A stretch of DNA of 64,000 nt. It comes from Vampirovibrionaceae bacterium NZW_1234. Lineage in GTDB: Bacteria > Cyanobacteriota > Vampirovibrionia > Vampirovibrionales > JAGQHJ01. The notes under the pieces are model-generated. The model was not told the origin of the DNA. It was given only the letters and a program-made list of their open reading frames with translations, and ran no database searches. Made by a program: the position numbers and the translations under genes. Positions 59,261-64,000 of the stretch are shown in pieces. Each line of letters starts with the position of its first letter. Within the stretch, counting starts at the first letter, position 1. The stretch covers positions 160,001 through 224,000 of the forward strand of contig JBGUGD010000039.1 of the NCBI GenBank assembly GCA_041697335.1. The letters run 5' to 3'.

Positions 59261-60931
59261 ATGTCGAACACCCCTTTTTTGGAAACAATGAAAGCGAAAC
59301 ACGACGTCCTATTTCTGCTATTAGTGGCAGGCCTTATTTTCGTCCTCAATATTTGGGCATACCCCTTGTTTGACGTGGATGAACCTCGCTATGCCGAAAC
59401 CGCGCGCGAAATGATTTTACACGGTGGCGATTGGATTACTCCCCACTTTAACTGGCATATTCGCTTTGACAAACCACCGATGTTTTACTGGCTGATTGCC
59501 AGCTCCTACCTAATTTTTGGTGTTTCGGCATTTTCTGCCCGCTTAATCAGCGCCCTGGCTTCCTTTGGCATTATGCTGATGCTTTATTTCATCTGCCGAA
59601 AAACGTGGGATAGAAAAATGGGCCTTCTGGCAGCCCTGATTTTCGCCACGATGTTAGAGATTTTTTTCCTGGGCCGAACTTCAATAACCGATATGACACT
59701 GGCCTGCTTTATGACAGGTGCATGGCTTAGTCTTTATGCGGCTCAAGCATACTCTCCGAAATGGTTTTTGGCAGCTGGGGCTTTTGCAGGATTGGGTTTG
59801 CTGACCAAAGGTCCTGTAGCCTTAGTTCTTCCAGGGGCGACATTAATGGTATTTCTCGCCATCAGCCATCGCCATCAATGGCGTTTACTTATATCACCAT
59901 GGCTTTTTTGGGGTCTTGCACTTATGTTTGCCATCGCGTTGCCCTGGTATGTCGCTGTAACATTGGCGAACCCTGATACCTTTATCCAGAGCTTCTTTTT
60001 CCTGCATAACCTTCAGCGGTTTGGCGGAGTTGTCTCAGGTCATCAAGGCCCCTGGTATTATTACATTCCTACGCTACTCTTAGGCGCCTTCCCCTGGACA
60101 CTCCTTCTACCCTACTTGGTTCAACGCATTGTAAACGAACGCAGAACGCTGCCAAACCTTGTAATTTACAGCCTGGCTTGGTTTATCCTGGTTTTTCTCT
60201 TCTTCAGCCTTGCAAAAACAAAATTGATCACCTATATCCTTCCCGGATTCGTCCCGCTTGCCATCCTGATGGCTTGGTTCTGGAAACCGGCACTGGAGTC
60301 CCAAGCAGGTGAAAAGCCGCCGAACTTTGAAACATTACGCGGTCTTTCCATAGCTTTAACTGCTTTGGCCCTATCAGGTGTGGTATTTGTCTTTGGCTTT
60401 GCAGCTCGACTGATTCCTGATAACTTGCAATCCCTCTATCATCATCAACCAGCCCAATTGGTTATCCTCTTGTTAAGCAGTTCATTTGGTATTGCGGCCT
60501 ATTTTGCCTGGCACAACAAAGCGCTTCGAGTCTTTCAAACACTGTTAACGGGTGTTGTCTTGGCCTATATCACTACAAACCTTTTGGTATTCCCAATGGT
60601 TGGCCACATGCTGCAAGCCGATATCCTACCTTACGCCTTGAAAGCCAAACAAGATGACATAAAAATGGGAACCTATAATTTAACCAAGCCAAGCTTGGTT
60701 TTTTATCAGCAAAAACAAGTCGTCTACACGCCAAAGCTTCATGAAGAAGACCAACTGACAGAATTCCTCAATACAAACCCACCCTTCGAGCGCCTCATGT
60801 ATCTCGTGGTGCGAAAAAGCGAAGTTGAGGAATTAAATAGAATTTATCCTTTGGAGTTGGTAAACTCAGGGTACGTTTATTCCTTGGTTCGCGTCCGCAA
60901 CTTTCCCATTGATAAGGATTCCAATCAATAA
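59261..60931 (+). CDS. ArnT/GT83-family membrane glycosyltransferase
   Basis: DEPRYAETAREM, FDKPP, LTKGP, KLITYILP. Confidence 0.9.
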   Translation: MSNTPFLETMKAKHDVLFLLLVAGLIFVLNIWAYPLFDVDEPRYAETAREMILHGGDWITPHFNWHIRFDKPPMFYWLIASSYLIFGVSAFSARLISALASFGIMLMLYFICRKTWDRKMGLLAALIFATMLEIFFLGRTSITDMTLACFMTGAWLSLYAAQAYSPKWFLAAGAFAGLGLLTKGPVALVLPGATLMVFLAISHRHQWRLLISPWLFWGLALMFAIALPWYVAVTLANPDTFIQSFFFLHNLQRFGGVVSGHQGPWYYYIPTLLLGAFPWTLLLPYLVQRIVNERRTLPNLVIYSLAWFILVFLFFSLAKTKLITYILPGFVPLAILMAWFWKPALESQAGEKPPNFETLRGLSIALTALALSGVVFVFGFAARLIPDNLQSLYHHQPAQLVILLLSSSFGIAAYFAWHNKALRVFQTLLTGVVLAYITTNLLVFPMVGHMLQADILPYALKAKQDDIKMGTYNLTKPSLVFYQQKQVVYTPKLHEEDQLTEFLNTNPPFERLMYLVVRKSEVEELNRIYPLELVNSGYVYSLVRVRNFPIDKDSNQ

Positions 60932-61923
60932 TGAAACAGCTGTATCCGATCCAGGCCCAATCCAAAAAAACGGCAAACCCGCTTATCTCGCTAATTGTTC
61001 CTGTTTACAATGAAGAGGAGAGTATCCTGCCACTGTTGCGAGAGCTTTTGGCCGTTGGGGAAAGCTTACAGGTCCCCTTTGAAATTGTGTTTGTCGATGA
61101 CGGCTCGACAGATAATACGGTTGCGACCGTCAAACCCTTCATCGAAGAATTTGCCGGCATTCTCCGGATAATAGAGCTTCGCCGAAACTACGGCCAAACA
61201 GCGGCCATGGCTGCCGGATTTGCGCATGCGGTAGGAGAAATTTTTGTAACCCTGGATGGAGATTTGCAAAACGATCCGCAGGACATCCCGTTGCTATTGC
61301 AACGCCTGATGGAAACCCATTGCGACATGGTGGTGGGATGGCGTCAGAACCGTCAGGATGCGGTTTTATCTCGAAAAATCCCGTCCTACATTGCTAACCG
61401 TATTATTGGTGCCATGACGGGCATTAAATTTCGGGATTATGGGTGCTCGTTAAAGGCATATCGTCGTGAGTTGGCTCAAGAAATGCCACTCTACGGCGAA
61501 TTGCATCGCTTTATTCCGGTATTAGCATCCATGGAAGGTGCCCGTATTGAACAAGTGCCGGTTCATCACCGGGCACGCCAATTTGGTAAAAGTAAATACA
61601 ACCTGTCTCGCACCTTTAAAGTCATCTTGGATTTAGGAATGCTGCTTTTCCTGAAGCGATTTTTCACCCGCCCCTTACATATGTTCGGGCGCCTTGGCCT
61701 TGGCTCACTTCTAAGTGGGCTCCTTATTCTTGGCACATTAACCTACGAAAAACTTGTTCACCAAGTAGATTTAGGCGATCGCCCATTATTACTTCTGGGA
61801 GTTCTTCTCGTGTTAACAGGGATTCAGCTGATCAGCACAGGCCTGTTGGCAGAACTGCAAATCCGGACTTATTTTGAGTCCCAGCAAAAAGCCCCCTACA
61901 AGGTCCGAACGATTCACGCCTAA
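60931..61923 (+). CDS. GT2 polyprenol-phosphate glycosyltransferase (ArnC-like)
   Basis: PVYNEE, VDDGSTD, DGDLQNDP, HRFIP, two C-terminal TM. Confidence 0.92.
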   Translation: MKQLYPIQAQSKKTANPLISLIVPVYNEEESILPLLRELLAVGESLQVPFEIVFVDDGSTDNTVATVKPFIEEFAGILRIIELRRNYGQTAAMAAGFAHAVGEIFVTLDGDLQNDPQDIPLLLQRLMETHCDMVVGWRQNRQDAVLSRKIPSYIANRIIGAMTGIKFRDYGCSLKAYRRELAQEMPLYGELHRFIPVLASMEGARIEQVPVHHRARQFGKSKYNLSRTFKVILDLGMLLFLKRFFTRPLHMFGRLGLGSLLSGLLILGTLTYEKLVHQVDLGDRPLLLLGVLLVLTGIQLISTGLLAELQIRTYFESQQKAPYKVRTIHA

Positions 61924-62879
61924 TGTCAACCAAAGCCCTCCTGAAGACCCTACTGAAAATCCTCATCAGTGGTGGCTTATTGGTAATACTTTTTAGCAGA
62001 ATAAACTCTGAGGATCTGGCCGCAACACTCAGCAGCCTTCAGTGGTGGCAACTGCTTCTCGGGGTGTTCGGTAATTTAGGTTGCCAATTTCTATCCTCCT
62101 ATCGCTGGTTACACGTGGCTCAGGCCATGAAACTCGGAACATCTGTGGGACAATTTTTTCGGTTTTATTTGATTGGGATGTTTTTAAGCCTGTTCCTTCC
62201 CACGGCTGTGGGGGGCGACGTGGGCCGGGCTATGATGTTGTCCAAGGAGAAGCAGTGCCGATGGGTACAGGCCTTTTCCACCATTCTGGCGGAACGTTTT
62301 TGTGGCTTATTTGGCTTGCTGTTCTTTGTCACGCTGAGCCTCTGGGTCAGTCCACCGCCACCATGGCCTGTCTGGGGCACCCTTATCTTAACCGTGACCA
62401 CAGGGGGACTCATGATCTTTATTTATGCCTTTAAAGCCATAGAAGATCACCCTCTAGGTCGTGCCTTTATTGAGCGATTCCTACTCAAGCAAAACCCGAT
62501 TGATCCTGATAAAGTCCCGATTTGGCCTGACACGAAAGGCGCAACAATTGGCATTGTGATTTCCATTGCTTACCATGGTCTCAGTATTACACTGCAATAT
62601 TGGCTCCTTACCCGCTTGGGGGTAAGCTTACCGTGGCCCTTAATGGCGGTTGTCTACGGTTTGTCAGGGCTTGCCTCAATGATTCCATTATCTCTTAGTG
62701 GTATCGGCCTACGCGAAGGTTCCATCACACTGATGCTAACCGCCTGGGGACATATTCCTGACCACACGGCCACAGTTTTCAGTTTAGTCTGGTTAACCGT
62801 GGTCCTGCTGTCTATGGTGCCCGGTGGATGCCTGCTGTTGCAATCTCAGCTATGGATATCTGCGCGCAAAAAAGTTTGA
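61923..62879 (+). CDS. UPF0104 / LPG-synthase-TM flippase-like protein
   Basis: RW, LPTAVGGD, ER, IPLSLSGIGLRE. Confidence 0.85.
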   Translation: MSTKALLKTLLKILISGGLLVILFSRINSEDLAATLSSLQWWQLLLGVFGNLGCQFLSSYRWLHVAQAMKLGTSVGQFFRFYLIGMFLSLFLPTAVGGDVGRAMMLSKEKQCRWVQAFSTILAERFCGLFGLLFFVTLSLWVSPPPPWPVWGTLILTVTTGGLMIFIYAFKAIEDHPLGRAFIERFLLKQNPIDPDKVPIWPDTKGATIGIVISIAYHGLSITLQYWLLTRLGVSLPWPLMAVVYGLSGLASMIPLSLSGIGLREGSITLMLTAWGHIPDHTATVFSLVWLTVVLLSMVPGGCLLLQSQLWISARKKV

Positions 62880-62944
62880 AACCGTTACAATGTCATTGTA
62901 TGCTGACCATACTAAATCAAAGCCATCCGGAAGAAAGGGGCGAC

Positions 62945-64000
62945 ATGAGCCAGTATCGAATCCAGCCGTTTCTCTTAGCAACCCACCTCGCGTTAATTGT
63001 ATCCCTCTCTAGCAGCGTCTTCGCCCAAAGCATTGACATCCGGGAAAACCCCGATGATGCCTCTCTGGAACCCACTCCACTTGAAGAATTAGCTCCCAAT
63101 GGTAGCGCTGAGTCCATCCCAGGAACAGAGCCTTTGTATGATCAAGGCATCACAGTCACTCAAATTGAAATTTCAGGAAATAAGCTGGTTCCGGCAGACA
63201 CGATCCAAAAAGCCATGCTAACCCGCCCGGGAAGCCTGTATAGTAAACGCCGCCTCCAAGCTGATTTAAAACGGATTTACGATTTGGGGTACTTTACTGA
63301 GCATTTGCGAGTGGTTCCTGTGGCTACTCGTGAAGGCGTGCACTTAAAAGTGGAAGTAGAAGAAAATCCGGTCGTAAATGCCTTTAGTTTTGACGGCGTA
63401 AATAGCGTCAAAAAAGAAGAGTTGGAAAAGTTTTTTGCCGAGCAAACCGGCATGCCTCAGAATGTCAATGCGATTAACCAGGGCATCCAGTCCATCGAAC
63501 AGTATTACAAAGATAAGGGCTATGTTTTGGCTCGGGTTGACGATATTCGCGAAGAACCCCCAGGAACCGTTCAGCTGGTCATTAACGAAGGTCAGTTGAA
63601 TAAAATCGGGTTCTCAGGAAACAGCAAAACCAAGGACTATGTCATCCGACGTGCCATGGCTCAGAAAGAAAACACGGTTTATAACGAAAAAACCGTCTCA
63701 GAAGATATGAAGCGCATCTTCTCAACTCAAGCGTTTTCTGATGTTCGCCGTGTGGTTAAAGCTTCAGCCGAAAAACCGGGTGAATATGATCTGACCATTG
63801 AAGTTGATGAAAAGAAAACCGGAGCCATCTCTCTTGGGGGTGGGGTTGATACCGGCACGGGTGTTTTCGGTTCTGTCGGCTATTCCGACCCGAATTTCTT
63901 AGGAAGAGGCCAGGATGTCAGCACGGTCTTCTCTCTGGGAAGCGGTGTGTTAACCTCAACTCGCGATGTCTTAAGACGTCGGGTCTTACAGTCGCAGGTC
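62945..64000 (+). CDS. bamA: BamA/Omp85 outer-membrane assembly protein, 5' part (not in the ORF track, runs off the window)
   Basis: Hand translation MSQYRIQPFLLATHLALIVSLSSSVFAQ..., POTRA motifs (IEISGN, GYF, YYKDKGY, GNSKTKDYVIRR), barrel start NFLGRGQ. Confidence 0.85.
   Translation, partial: MSQYRIQPFLLATHLALIVSLSSSVFAQSIDIRENPDDASLEPTPLEELAPNGSAESIPGTEPLYDQGITVTQIEISGNKLVPADTIQKAMLTRPGSLYSKRRLQADLKRIYDLGYFTEHLRVVPVATREGVHLKVEVEENPVVNAFSFDGVNSVKKEELEKFFAEQTGMPQNVNAINQGIQSIEQYYKDKGYVLARVDDIREEPPGTVQLVINEGQLNKIGFSGNSKTKDYVIRRAMAQKENTVYNEKTVSEDMKRIFSTQAFSDVRRVVKASAEKPGEYDLTIEVDEKKTGAISLGGGVDTGTGVFGSVGYSDPNFLGRGQDVSTVFSLGSGVLTSTRDVLRRRVLQSQV

Overview
A 64-kb chromosomal window from a flagellated, microaerobically respiring, diderm bacterium. 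It is most likely a non-photosynthetic cyanobacterium (Vampirovibrionia/Melainabacteria). That placement is inference from BioU-BioD, a cyanobacterial-type CtpA, HEAT-repeat and DUF4127 proteins, BamA, a cbb3 oxidase, a flgBC-fliEFGHI operon, and no photosynthesis genes in the window. Most of it is housekeeping: ccoN/ccoO, nagA, queC, icd, asd, dapA/B/F, ilvC, lysS, ruvC, lnt, an LD-carboxypeptidase, ArnT/GT2/flippase and bamA. The unexplained structure lies in the intergenic DNA and orphan genes. (1) Three ORF-less, strand-biased GGA-rich regions ending in hairpins look like a family of CsrB/RsmZ-type sponge RNAs, one abutting the flagellar operon. (2) Five exact-spacing sigma28-like promoters precede non-flagellar, mostly orphan genes. 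(3) A recurring N-terminal (R/K)F(G/S) leader occurs on unrelated proteins and may be an export signal. (4) A protein with 12 basic 17-aa repeats plus a sigma70 region-4-like tail is followed by an 11-bp-phased ACGCG array. (5) A solo ParB-like gene lies next to a 35-bp-arm palindrome. (6) A ~200-nt structured orphan RNA and (7) a tandem 140-bp MITE-like repeat are also present. No database searches were run; all family calls come from motif recognition.
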